Notes: generated by a model not told the origin, from the letters alone. 64,000 bases of DNA from Gemmatimonadales bacterium (GCA_035763805.1 DASUAL010000092.1:26386-90385), one strand, 5' to 3'. Positions 55,306 through 63,071 are shown, counted from the stretch's first letter. Program-made: numbers and translations.

Positions 55306-57435
55306 CTACTTGCGCCGCTTCGAACCGAGCAACGAATGCCTCACGATGCCGTCGGGCACCGTGTCGCCGTGCGGCACCGTGAATACCGTTTTTCGCGTCA
55401 ACCCGAAATCGAGCTCCACGACCAGGTGACTGCGGTCACGGGCCATTCGCCAGCCCCGGGATGACTTCGGCTCACCGCCGGTGGCCGTCAATGCGGCGGT
55501 CACGACCTCGTCCGGTGGATCGCTCACGGCGGCGAGCTGCGCGCAGGTGGAGCAGCGGCGCGACTGGCGGGCCGGCTCGAGCTGCCCGAGATCCGCGGTG
55601 CATACGTGCCGGCCGCAGTAGCCGCACGCCGCCCGATGTCGCGGGCACGCGTCCTTGCCGCAGATCGGACATTCCTTCACGCCGCCGAGCGAGAACGCCC
55701 GACCGTCCACGTGGCACTGCTTGCGGTGCGCCGGGCAGCCGTATGAGTCCTTCGCGTCGAGCAGTGGCTCGAGGTGGGTGACGCAGTGGCGCTCCTTGTC
55801 CTCGATGCACTCGGCCGAGTGGCCGGCGCAGACGGATCGCCCGCACGAGGCGCAGGGCCCGACCTCATCCGACGCGAACAGCGCGGCCGGTTCGACGGCG
55901 CAGGCGGCCCGATGCCGCGCACAGACCAGGCGCCGCGAGGTGTCGGTGCGGCGCAGGTGTCGCGAGCAGTGCACCTGTCCATCCACGACGCACACGGCCT
56001 GATGCGCCGTGCAGACCGACTTTTCGCAGCTGGCGCACGCCGTCACCTCGTCCACACCCACCGGCTCGTTCGTGCCGCCCTCACAGTAGCGCAGGCAGGC
56101 CGCGCACAGCCGGCGGCTTCCCTTGGGCGCGTCGGCGCCGCTCTGCTGCGCGTGCCGGTTACAGATCACCCGGCCGCAGCTGCCGCAAGGCGCGAGGCAC
56201 GCCGAGCAGGCGGTGTGCCCGCCCTCGGCACACGCACCCTCGTGCGCCGTGCAGTACTGCAGCCGGCACGACGGGCAGACCCGCGCGTGCTCCTCGCACG
56301 CCGGCTGCTCATCCACGCGACACTGGGTGATGCCGTGGTCCGCGCAAAAGTCCTCGGCACACACCGAGCAGCGATATGAGCAGGCCTCACAGCCGCAGTG
56401 GGCCTGCTTGCAGACGACGAGGGTCGCGGGCGGGCGGCCACAATGTGGACACGCCATGATCCAGGCTGCCGCACCACTCAAGGGCCGCTGCGCGCTGAAT
56501 GTTGCCCGACGCCCGCGGGCCGACTCGAGCTGCCACTCCGCCCGCTGCATCACGACGCCGGCCTCGATGAGCTGCAAGGGATGGACGATGGCCCGTACTT
56601 GATTGCGCCGCACTTCCTCGGTGCGGCGCCGCTCGCGCAGCGCCTCGACCGTTGCCATGGACTCCGGATCGCCCTGCTCCTGCAGAATCGACGCGAAGTA
56701 CCGCTCCAGCCTGGCGAGCTCGGCGGCAAGCTCCTGCTCGGCCGCGGCGCGGCGCGCGGCGACCCGCTCCGCCGACTTGTCCCGCAGATTGCCGAGCAGT
56801 AGCCGCAGCAGCTCCGCCGGCTCCCGCGCGGGGACGGCTGCCGCGTCCGCTCCGGCCGACCGATCCGCAGGTCCGACCCGGCCCGCCTCCAGGTCCTGGA
56901 ACAGGCCGGCCAGATCGTCGCCCAGCCGCGCGCCGGCCGACAGGTCATACACGTCGCTTTCCACCACGGCTTCCTCGACCCCGGCACCCGCGCGGAGCAC
57001 AACGCGCGCGATGAGTCGCCCAACCGGATGTACGACCAGCAGTGTCTTGCCCGGCCGCGCCGTGCCGTCGCGCACGGGGACCGCCAGCTCGACGCCCGCG
57101 GGATCGCTCGGGGCGGTCGGCGCCATCAGGCCGACTGAGAGGCGCGCCGCCCGCGCGCGAATCGCCTCGAGCAGCTGAGTGAGGAAGGGGCTGCCCAACA
57201 CCGCTATCTCGGCGTCCGGGTCGCGCTCCAGAGCGTCGAGCGAGAACGCCACCCGCAGCGACTCGCGGTCCCGGAAGAAGGGGCGCTCCCCCTGGGGCAA
57301 GAGCAGCTCGACGTGATCGGCACCGACGGCGGTCTGTTTCACGCCCGCCAGCCGGCAGTAGCGCTCGAGCAGCGGCCGGATGCGCGCGTCGGCGAGGGGA
57401 TCGGTGTCGCCGGGAGCGTGGGGGTGGGCCGTCAC
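55306..57435 (-). CDS. 709-aa uncharacterised protein: alpha/beta N-domain, coiled coil, about 300-aa Cys/His-rich multi-zinc-module array, small C-terminal domain
   Basis: GTG 57435 overlaps the helicase TGA (GTGA). Repeated 'CxxC-x4-C-x2-H' units, e.g. 'CSVCAEDFCADH', 'CPSCRLQYCTAH', 'CASCEKSVCTAH', 'CASCGRSVCAGH', 'CPICGKDACPRH'. The upstream part of the 863-aa ORF overlaps the helicase and is Arg/Gly-rich. Confidence 0.7.
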   Translation of the reverse strand: MTAHPHAPGDTDPLADARIRPLLERYCRLAGVKQTAVGADHVELLLPQGERPFFRDRESLRVAFSLDALERDPDAEIAVLGSPFLTQLLEAIRARAARLSVGLMAPTAPSDPAGVELAVPVRDGTARPGKTLLVVHPVGRLIARVVLRAGAGVEEAVVESDVYDLSAGARLGDDLAGLFQDLEAGRVGPADRSAGADAAAVPAREPAELLRLLLGNLRDKSAERVAARRAAAEQELAAELARLERYFASILQEQGDPESMATVEALRERRRTEEVRRNQVRAIVHPLQLIEAGVVMQRAEWQLESARGRRATFSAQRPLSGAAAWIMACPHCGRPPATLVVCKQAHCGCEACSYRCSVCAEDFCADHGITQCRVDEQPACEEHARVCPSCRLQYCTAHEGACAEGGHTACSACLAPCGSCGRVICNRHAQQSGADAPKGSRRLCAACLRYCEGGTNEPVGVDEVTACASCEKSVCTAHQAVCVVDGQVHCSRHLRRTDTSRRLVCARHRAACAVEPAALFASDEVGPCASCGRSVCAGHSAECIEDKERHCVTHLEPLLDAKDSYGCPAHRKQCHVDGRAFSLGGVKECPICGKDACPRHRAACGYCGRHVCTADLGQLEPARQSRRCSTCAQLAAVSDPPDEVVTAALTATGGEPKSSRGWRMARDRSHLVVELDFGLTRKTVFTVPHGDTVPDGIVRHSLLGSKRRK

Positions 57436-59561
57436 GCGGCGGAGTCCCCCACCAGTGGCGCCGCGGCGTCCGCCTCGATGTCCACCAGCACCAGGGGAAG
57501 CCGGTCCACCTGCGCCACGAGCACGACGGACCGTCCGGCGTCGGTCACTCCGGTGAGCCGCACCAGCGCGCCGTACTCCGGATGCTCGCCCGCCGGCTCC
57601 GGCGTCGTAACGCTCTCGATCGCCTCGAGCACTTCCTTCACGTGCACGCCGACCTTGTGGCGCTTCGCGTCCCAGCCGGTCGCCTTGACGAGCTGGCTCG
57701 TGCCGTAGCCGAGTCGCAGGCGGCCCGGGACCGACAGCGTCTGGAACCGTCGCTCGAGCCGCATGGCGTTGTCGTCCGGCGCGATGAGGGAGTTCAGTTG
57801 TTCCTGCTCCTTGCCTGCCGCGCGGCTGTGCTCGATCTCGGCGCCGATCGTTTCCACCCGGCGCGCGAAGTCCGCTTCGCTGTCGGCGGCGAGCCACTCT
57901 TCCGCCAGCCGGCCCTCGAACTGCTGCGCGCCCCCGAACTCGCCGAGGATCACGTCCAGCTCGCCCACGACCAGCTCGAACAGCTTGATCTTCTGGTCGA
58001 GCAGGCCGAGGATGTACGACTCGATGGTCCCCGCGGCGGCGAGGTTCACGATGTGGACCTCGCGCGTCTGCCCGATACGGTGGAGGCGCCCGATGCGTTG
58101 CTCGACGACCATCGGGTTCCAGGGCAAGTCAAAGTTCACGAGCACGTTGCAGAACTGGAGGTTGCGTCCTTCGCTGCCCGCGCGGGTGGCGATCAGGACG
58201 CTGCGGTCGTCCTGGTGGAAGGCGCGGATGCGCTTGTCTCGCTCGGGTGTCGAGTGAGTGCCCCAATAGACGATCGGCTTGCGACCGAGTGCCTTGACCT
58301 GCCGCTCGATCAGCTGGATGGTGGGCTTGTGGTCGCTGAAGACCACCACCCGATCCGGGGTCTCCTGCAGCAGCTCGGTGAGCACGTCCAGCTTGGCGTG
58401 GGTGTCGATCTGCCGCGCCCGCTCAGCGAGCCGGCGCGCGATCTCGCGGTACTCAGGACTGACCTGCTCTCCCTCGGCGAGGTGCTCGAGTGATTCGCCG
58501 AGCGCGCGCGAGGAGGAGCACAGCCGCTGGCGCAGGTGGATCACCGCGAGCTGCAGGATCCCCTTCCCCGTACGCCGACGGCGCCGGGCTCCGTCCTCCA
58601 CCTCCTCCTGCTCGCTGGGCTGAATGAATCCTTCCTTATACAGGCGGCGCAGGAACTGGGTGGTGCTGTCGTACAGCTCCGCCTCGGCGGGCGTCAGCCG
58701 GACCTCGGGGTGTCGGGGGCGGCGCGGCGGCAGGTCCAGATCGTCCACCACGCTGGCGCGCCGCGTGCGGACCATCACCTCGTGCGTCAGCGCGCGCAGG
58801 GCGTCGGGGTCGCGGGGAGTGCGGTGGTCGCCGGCGACCAGGTGCTGACGGCGGAACTCCGGCCAGGTGCCGAGCTGCCCCGGCCGGAGCAGCGTGACGA
58901 GGTTGTACAGCTCGCGCAGGTCGTTCTGGAGCGGCGTCGCGGTGAGCAGCAGGATGAAGTCCCGCTCGATTTTCTCGATGAACCGATACGTCGCGCCGCG
59001 GTGGCTCTTGACCTTGTGCGCCTCGTCCACGATCACGAGATCCCAGCGATGCCGTAGGATCTCCTCGGCGTGCCGGCGCGCCCGCGCGCGGTCGTGCGAC
59101 ACGATCGCCTTGGTGACGCGGTGCCAGTCGTCGGGGTCGGTCGGCGTGTCGAAGCGCTCGAAGAACTTCTCCTCGAGCTCCCCCTGCCACTGGCCCACCA
59201 GCGAGGCCGGCGTCAGGATGAGCACGCGGCGGGCGAGCCCGCGAATCGCCAGCTCCTTGTAGATGATGCTCGCCTCGATCGTCTTGCCCAGGCCGACCTC
59301 GTCGGCGAGGATCGCGCGGCCGCCCATGTGGCGCAGCACTCGCTGCGCGACGTCGATCTGGTGGGGCAGCTCCTTGATGGCGTTGGCGTCGAGGGTGATC
59401 AGGCGGTCGAAGCCGGGGACCAGGGCGATGCGTTCCGCGTCGCGCCGCAGCTCGTACCAGGCGCGCACGGCGGGGGGCTGCTTGAGCTTTTCGGCGAACG
59501 CCTGGAGGGAGCGCTCGTCAACAGCCCAGGAGTCGTCGGACAGCGGGTCGGGCAGCGTCAT
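57432..59561 (-). CDS. SNF2-family helicase/ATPase (RapA/HepA-like core) with about 170-aa unknown C-terminal extension
   Basis: Motif I 'LADEVGLGKTIEA', motif II 'LVIVDEAHKVKS', 'LLLTATPLQN', 'LIATRAGSEGRNLQ', motif VI 'QRIGRLHRIGQT'. Confidence 0.9.
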   Translation of the reverse strand: MTLPDPLSDDSWAVDERSLQAFAEKLKQPPAVRAWYELRRDAERIALVPGFDRLITLDANAIKELPHQIDVAQRVLRHMGGRAILADEVGLGKTIEASIIYKELAIRGLARRVLILTPASLVGQWQGELEEKFFERFDTPTDPDDWHRVTKAIVSHDRARARRHAEEILRHRWDLVIVDEAHKVKSHRGATYRFIEKIERDFILLLTATPLQNDLRELYNLVTLLRPGQLGTWPEFRRQHLVAGDHRTPRDPDALRALTHEVMVRTRRASVVDDLDLPPRRPRHPEVRLTPAEAELYDSTTQFLRRLYKEGFIQPSEQEEVEDGARRRRRTGKGILQLAVIHLRQRLCSSSRALGESLEHLAEGEQVSPEYREIARRLAERARQIDTHAKLDVLTELLQETPDRVVVFSDHKPTIQLIERQVKALGRKPIVYWGTHSTPERDKRIRAFHQDDRSVLIATRAGSEGRNLQFCNVLVNFDLPWNPMVVEQRIGRLHRIGQTREVHIVNLAAAGTIESYILGLLDQKIKLFELVVGELDVILGEFGGAQQFEGRLAEEWLAADSEADFARRVETIGAEIEHSRAAGKEQEQLNSLIAPDDNAMRLERRFQTLSVPGRLRLGYGTSQLVKATGWDAKRHKVGVHVKEVLEAIESVTTPEPAGEHPEYGALVRLTGVTDAGRSVVLVAQVDRLPLVLVDIEADAAAPLVGDSAA

Positions 59562-59572
59562 GCGGTGCCTGA

Positions 59573-59596
59573 GGGTCGGGGTCGGGGTCGGGGTGG
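59573..59596. repeat. Tandem hexamer tract (GGGGTC)x3 on + strand = (GACCCC)-type C-runs in the helicase 5' leader
   Basis: 'gggtcggggtcggggtcggggtgg' begins 12 nt upstream of the helicase ATG (59561, - strand). Confidence 0.9.
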
Positions 59597-59611
59597 CAAT
59601 ATAGCGGATGG

Positions 59612-59639
59612 CCGTTGGCCATTGGCCGTCGGCTGTTGG
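59612..59639. repeat. Four tandem 7-bp units CCNTNGG
   Basis: 'ccgttgg ccattgg ccgtcgg ctgttgg' contiguous, in the helicase upstream region. Confidence 0.85.
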
Positions 59640-59673
59640 GTAGGGTACGAGACGGGCTTGGCAGGAGAAAGCA

Positions 59674-59712
59674 CAAAGGGTGCGAGGGCGTTTCGGACCC
59701 TGGCACCCTTTG
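59674..59712 (-). terminator. Intrinsic-terminator-like hairpin downstream of the 123-aa gene
   Basis: 'caaagggtgc'/'gcaccctttg' 10-bp stem plus an inner 4 bp. On the - strand it is followed by 'TGCTTTCTCC'. Confidence 0.5.
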
Positions 59713-59726
59713 CGGACTACACTGCG

Positions 59727-60098
59727 TTAGACGGTCATCCCAACCGCTCTCCCAGTCACGGGAAAGACCCACGTCCTGTCGTCGACGACGAGCCGGATGT
59801 CACCGTTCGAGGAGACCAGGGCGTTGACGATGTCGTACGTGCCTGGGAAGGGCACGTTCAGCCCCTCCAGCGTCACGTCGGCCGGGAGGGGGAGGTGGTC
59901 ACCCGGACTCAAGACCCTCCTGACGCGAATCGGGCCCATGGTGCAAAAGAAGGTCTGGCCATCCGGGCTGCCGGCGAGAGCGCTGACTCTGACATTCGGC
60001 AGATCGGCCCTGACCTGTTGGCCGTGCGAAACCTGCGCTTCCTCCAACCGCTGCTTGAGCTTGAACTGCTGCGACATGGCCGTGATGCGGGCTTCCAT
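59727..60098 (-). CDS. Hypothetical 123-aa protein (no family recognised)
   Basis: ATG 60098 preceded by 'GGAGGTGG' SD. Has its own terminator hairpin. Sequence 'MEARITAMSQQFKLKQRLEEAQ..' then a beta-rich part. Confidence 0.5.
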   Translation of the reverse strand: MEARITAMSQQFKLKQRLEEAQVSHGQQVRADLPNVRVSALAGSPDGQTFFCTMGPIRVRRVLSPGDHLPLPADVTLEGLNVPFPGTYDIVNALVSSNGDIRLVVDDRTWVFPVTGRAVGMTV

Positions 60099-60338
60099 AA
60101 GCCACCTCCAACTAGGGCACCAACCTACTGCTGCAGCCGCCATGCCTCGGCTCGGCAGCAACACAGCTCGATTGCCCGCAAGGGGTTAGCCTTTTGGATC
60201 CGTTCGAATCGGTGCAGGGTGCAGCATGCCGGCGCTGGCTGAAGTGTGGTACAACTGCTACGGACGACGTGCGGCGCGGCCCAGTGCTCGTCGGCCCACT
60301 TGCACGGCGGGTCGCGGGCTCCTACTCTCTCGACGGCC

Positions 60339-60587
60339 ATGTCACCCGCAACGCGCTACATCATCCAGGTGGACCGACCCGGCGAGCAGGTCGACATGGC
60401 GGCAATCCGAGTTCTGCTCGAGGGGGCGGGGGTCGCGTTGGACCCCGCCTACGGCCCGATCCCCATCAATCCCAAGCTCGGTCGCTACGTCGTCCGCGGT
60501 ACGGCCTCGCCCGACGCGCGCGCTCGGGCCGAGCAGATTCCCGGCGTGCGCTTCTTCGCGGACACGGTCCAGGAGCCGGCTTCCTGA
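60339..60587 (+). CDS. 82-aa protein paralogous to the subtilase N-terminal (I9-propeptide-like) domain
   Basis: 'RYIIQV..VLLEGAGVALDPAYGPIPI..RYVVRGTASPDARARAEQIPGVRFFADTVQEP' aligns by eye with the subtilase 'RRIVVI..VLLDGMVKVAGVRFDEAYYPVRI..TYAVRVEIDDEDAVERLRRDRRAEFIGVFADPAVSP'. Weak RBS; alternative GTG at 60246. Confidence 0.5.
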   Translation: MSPATRYIIQVDRPGEQVDMAAIRVLLEGAGVALDPAYGPIPINPKLGRYVVRGTASPDARARAEQIPGVRFFADTVQEPAS

Positions 60588-60594
60588 CGCCGGG

Positions 60595-61905
60595 CTACGC
60601 CGTCGTTTTTCCTCGTTTCCGCCGCAGCGCCTTCAGCGCCGCCGCGGCATCGATCACACCGTAACCAAAATCGTAGTCCCAGCCGTCGCCGTGCAGGTCC
60701 CGCGCCGTCCGCTGCAGCAGACCCTTGAGCTGCGCCGGCGCGAGTCGGTTGGTGGCGAAGCGCTGGCGGAGCGCGGCCGCCACGCCGGCGGCGATCGGAC
60801 TCGCCGCCGAGGTGCCTCCGTCGGCAGGGTAGATGCCTGAGCCCGCGAAGTGACTGAAGCCTGCGAGGTCGGGCTTGCGCGAGTAGAGCGCGCCCGGCCC
60901 CTGCGACGAATAGCCCAGGCGGCGGTCCGTGACGGTGACGGCGGCGACGGTGACGACCTCAGGATGGGAGTTCGCGCCGTGGAGGCTGGCCCCGGGGCCC
61001 GTATCGCCGGCGCCGCACCTCCCGTCGGGGCAATCGGCCCCGCAGTTCCCCGCGGCGAAGAACACGTCCGCTCCCGCCGCGACCAGGGCGCCGGTGATCT
61101 GGTTGAACGGGTGCTCGGGATTGGCGCTGTAGTTGTCCGGCGAACCGATCGGTGCGTCGCTCGTGCGGTCGAACAGCCCCCAGCTATTGTTCACTACCCA
61201 CCGGCCCGGCGCGGCGCTCACCCGCTCCACGAGGTCCGCGAACGCGGCGATGGCATCGGAGAGAAACGCGGCCCAGGTCCCCGCTTGGGACTGGAGGAGC
61301 GCGTAGTCGAAGATCTGCGCGTCGGGGGCCGCGACGCGGACGTCGTACGCCACCATGGTGCCGTGGTCCGGCGCGCTCGAGCCCGGCACATAGCCCGGGA
61401 TCGGGGCCCAGCCGCCCGCGACCGGAATGCGCGAGCCGTCGATCCCCGTGTCGACCACCGCGACGTGGACGCCACGGCCGGTCAGTCCGGCCCGGCGCAG
61501 CGCCGGGACGCCGAGCCGCCGCGCCACGTCGTCCGTCTCACCGATCGGGCGACCCCCGCAATAGGGGGATGGGAACGGCGAGACGGCGGGGTCTGCGAAT
61601 ACTCCGATGAACTCGGCGCGGCGGTCGCGCCGCAGCCGCTCGACCGCGTCCTCGTCGTCGATTTCCACCCGCACCGCGTAGGTGTCCGCCCCTCCGACGC
61701 CGCCGTAGTTGAAGGCGCCCGCGGCCAGGGGGGCGAGGAGTCCGATGCGGCGCAGTATCCGGACCGGGTAATAGGCCTCGTCGAACCGCACGCCAGCGAC
61801 CTTGACCATGCCATCGAGGAGCACCCCGGCGGGCCCGAACGAGCGCTTGCGCCAGCCGTCTTGCAGGGACTCGTGGCTCCGGATCACGACAATGCGCCGC
61901 AGCAT
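60595..61905 (-). CDS. Subtilisin-like serine protease (S8), no signal peptide
   Basis: SD 'AAGGAGGG' upstream of ATG 61905. Triad 'VAVVDTGID', 'DHGTMVA', 'GGTSAASPIAAG'. Oxyanion 'VVNNSWG'. Confidence 0.85.
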   Translation of the reverse strand: MLRRIVVIRSHESLQDGWRKRSFGPAGVLLDGMVKVAGVRFDEAYYPVRILRRIGLLAPLAAGAFNYGGVGGADTYAVRVEIDDEDAVERLRRDRRAEFIGVFADPAVSPFPSPYCGGRPIGETDDVARRLGVPALRRAGLTGRGVHVAVVDTGIDGSRIPVAGGWAPIPGYVPGSSAPDHGTMVAYDVRVAAPDAQIFDYALLQSQAGTWAAFLSDAIAAFADLVERVSAAPGRWVVNNSWGLFDRTSDAPIGSPDNYSANPEHPFNQITGALVAAGADVFFAAGNCGADCPDGRCGAGDTGPGASLHGANSHPEVVTVAAVTVTDRRLGYSSQGPGALYSRKPDLAGFSHFAGSGIYPADGGTSAASPIAAGVAAALRQRFATNRLAPAQLKGLLQRTARDLHGDGWDYDFGYGVIDAAAALKALRRKRGKTTA

Positions 61906-62126
61906 ACGCCTCTTTCCCTCCTTGTAGTCGGAGGTCGGGGCGCACGTGTAGGTACCCCGAGGCCGTCCTTGTGGCATCCGCCGTCTGTCACGCTGACCGT
62001 CGGTGTTTGTCAGCTCGACAACCCCCCAGCCCCCCTGCTCAAACTCTGGCACGCCGGTCGCCTGGCGCCTCTGTGGCGCCATCACGCGGCGCCAGATTCC
62101 AACACCGTAGTCGCAAGGAGGATGTT

Positions 62127-62497
62127 ATGCGCATCGACACTGATATCCAGAAAGACGTCGTCGCCGAGCTGCGGTGGGAGCCGAGCCTTCGAGACGACGA
62201 CATCGCCGTGGGGGTCCGTGACGGCGTGGTCACCCCCGCGGGCTTCGTCGACAGCTACGCCGACAAATGGACCGCCGAGCGGGTGGCCAGCAGGGTCAAA
62301 GGTGTGAAGGCCATCGCCAACGACATTATGGAACGTCTCCGTGCCACACGACCGCATCAAGGTGAAGGTCGAGAAAGGGTGGGTGACGCTCGAGGGTGAC
62401 GATGCGCGATGCGGAGCGCGCTGCCCGTAACGCGCCCGGCGTGACCGAGGTCGAGAACAAGCTCACGGTCGACCCAGGCGTGTACGCCGGCGTGTAA
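62127..62497 (+). pseudogene. BON-domain (OsmY-like) gene disrupted by two small out-of-frame deletions
   Basis: RBS 'aaggagga' + ATG 62127. 'DIQKDVVAELRWEPSL..IAVGVRDGVVT..VKGVKAIANDI'. Homology resumes at +1 frame ('WNVSVPHDRIKVKVEKGWVTLEGD', 62341..) and again at +1 ('RDAERAARNAPGVTEVENKLTV', 62405..62497). Confidence 0.65.
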
Positions 62498-62585
62498 CGC
62501 GTCGCGCCGGAAGGGGGGTGCCGAGCCCTCGGCCCCCCCCACGAACCACTATCCGTGGCAACCGGGGAAGGATTGGTGACTCACC

Positions 62586-63059
62586 ATGTTCCAAGAGGTC
62601 TTGCTGTGGCTCTTCGTCGTCTTCAGCGGCATTGCAGTTGGCGCCGGCCTCTATGAAATGAGGATCACCGTTCCTCTGTGGTTCAGCCGTTCTGCAGAGT
62701 CCGGCATTCAAGTGAACAGCGAAGCAATGCTAAGGGCCGATGCGGGCCGGAGGTTCTGGGTCTTCGTCACGACAGTCCCGCTCACGCTGCTTACGCTGGC
62801 GAGTCTGGCAGTTGCTTGGCAACCTGCAAGTCCCAGGCATGAGTGGTGGCTCGTCGCGGCGGTGGTTACGCTGGTGGAGAGAATCGCGACGTTGTCGTAC
62901 TTCATACCAAGGGGCCTCAAATTGATGCGCGCGGACACCCTCCCACGTGCGAGGGTCGAAGCGATGGCGTCGCAGTGGATGGCTCTCAATCGCGTCCGGG
63001 CGGCGCTAGCTCTGACTGGGTGGCTCGCGGCGTTGAAGGCACTGTCCTTGCCAACCTGA
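62586..63059 (+). CDS. DUF1772 (anthrone-oxygenase-like) membrane protein
   Basis: 'LLWLFVVFSGIAVGAGLYEMRITVPLW', four helices, 157 aa. Confidence 0.7.
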   Translation: MFQEVLLWLFVVFSGIAVGAGLYEMRITVPLWFSRSAESGIQVNSEAMLRADAGRRFWVFVTTVPLTLLTLASLAVAWQPASPRHEWWLVAAVVTLVERIATLSYFIPRGLKLMRADTLPRARVEAMASQWMALNRVRAALALTGWLAALKALSLPT

Positions 63060-63071
63060 GGGCGGGCGCGA

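Noticed and set aside
57436-57897. N-terminal 154 codons of ORF 55306..57897, overlapping the helicase 3' end.
   Set aside because: The sequence is Arg/Gly-rich with no structure-like pattern and fully overlaps the well-supported SNF2 frame. The GTG at 57435 forms a GTGA coupling with the helicase stop.
59573-59639. Short tandem repeats considered as a possible mini CRISPR or other repeat array.
   Set aside because: The units are only 6-7 bp and contiguous, with no spacers, and no cas genes are present. They are reported as leader/promoter repeats instead.
60200-60212. tRNA T-loop-like 'CCG TTCGAAT CGG' in the divergent intergenic region. It could hint at a tRNA-fragment att site for an island.
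   Set aside because: Only a 3-bp stem can form, there is no acceptor, D or anticodon arm around it, and no integrase is nearby. It is most likely chance.
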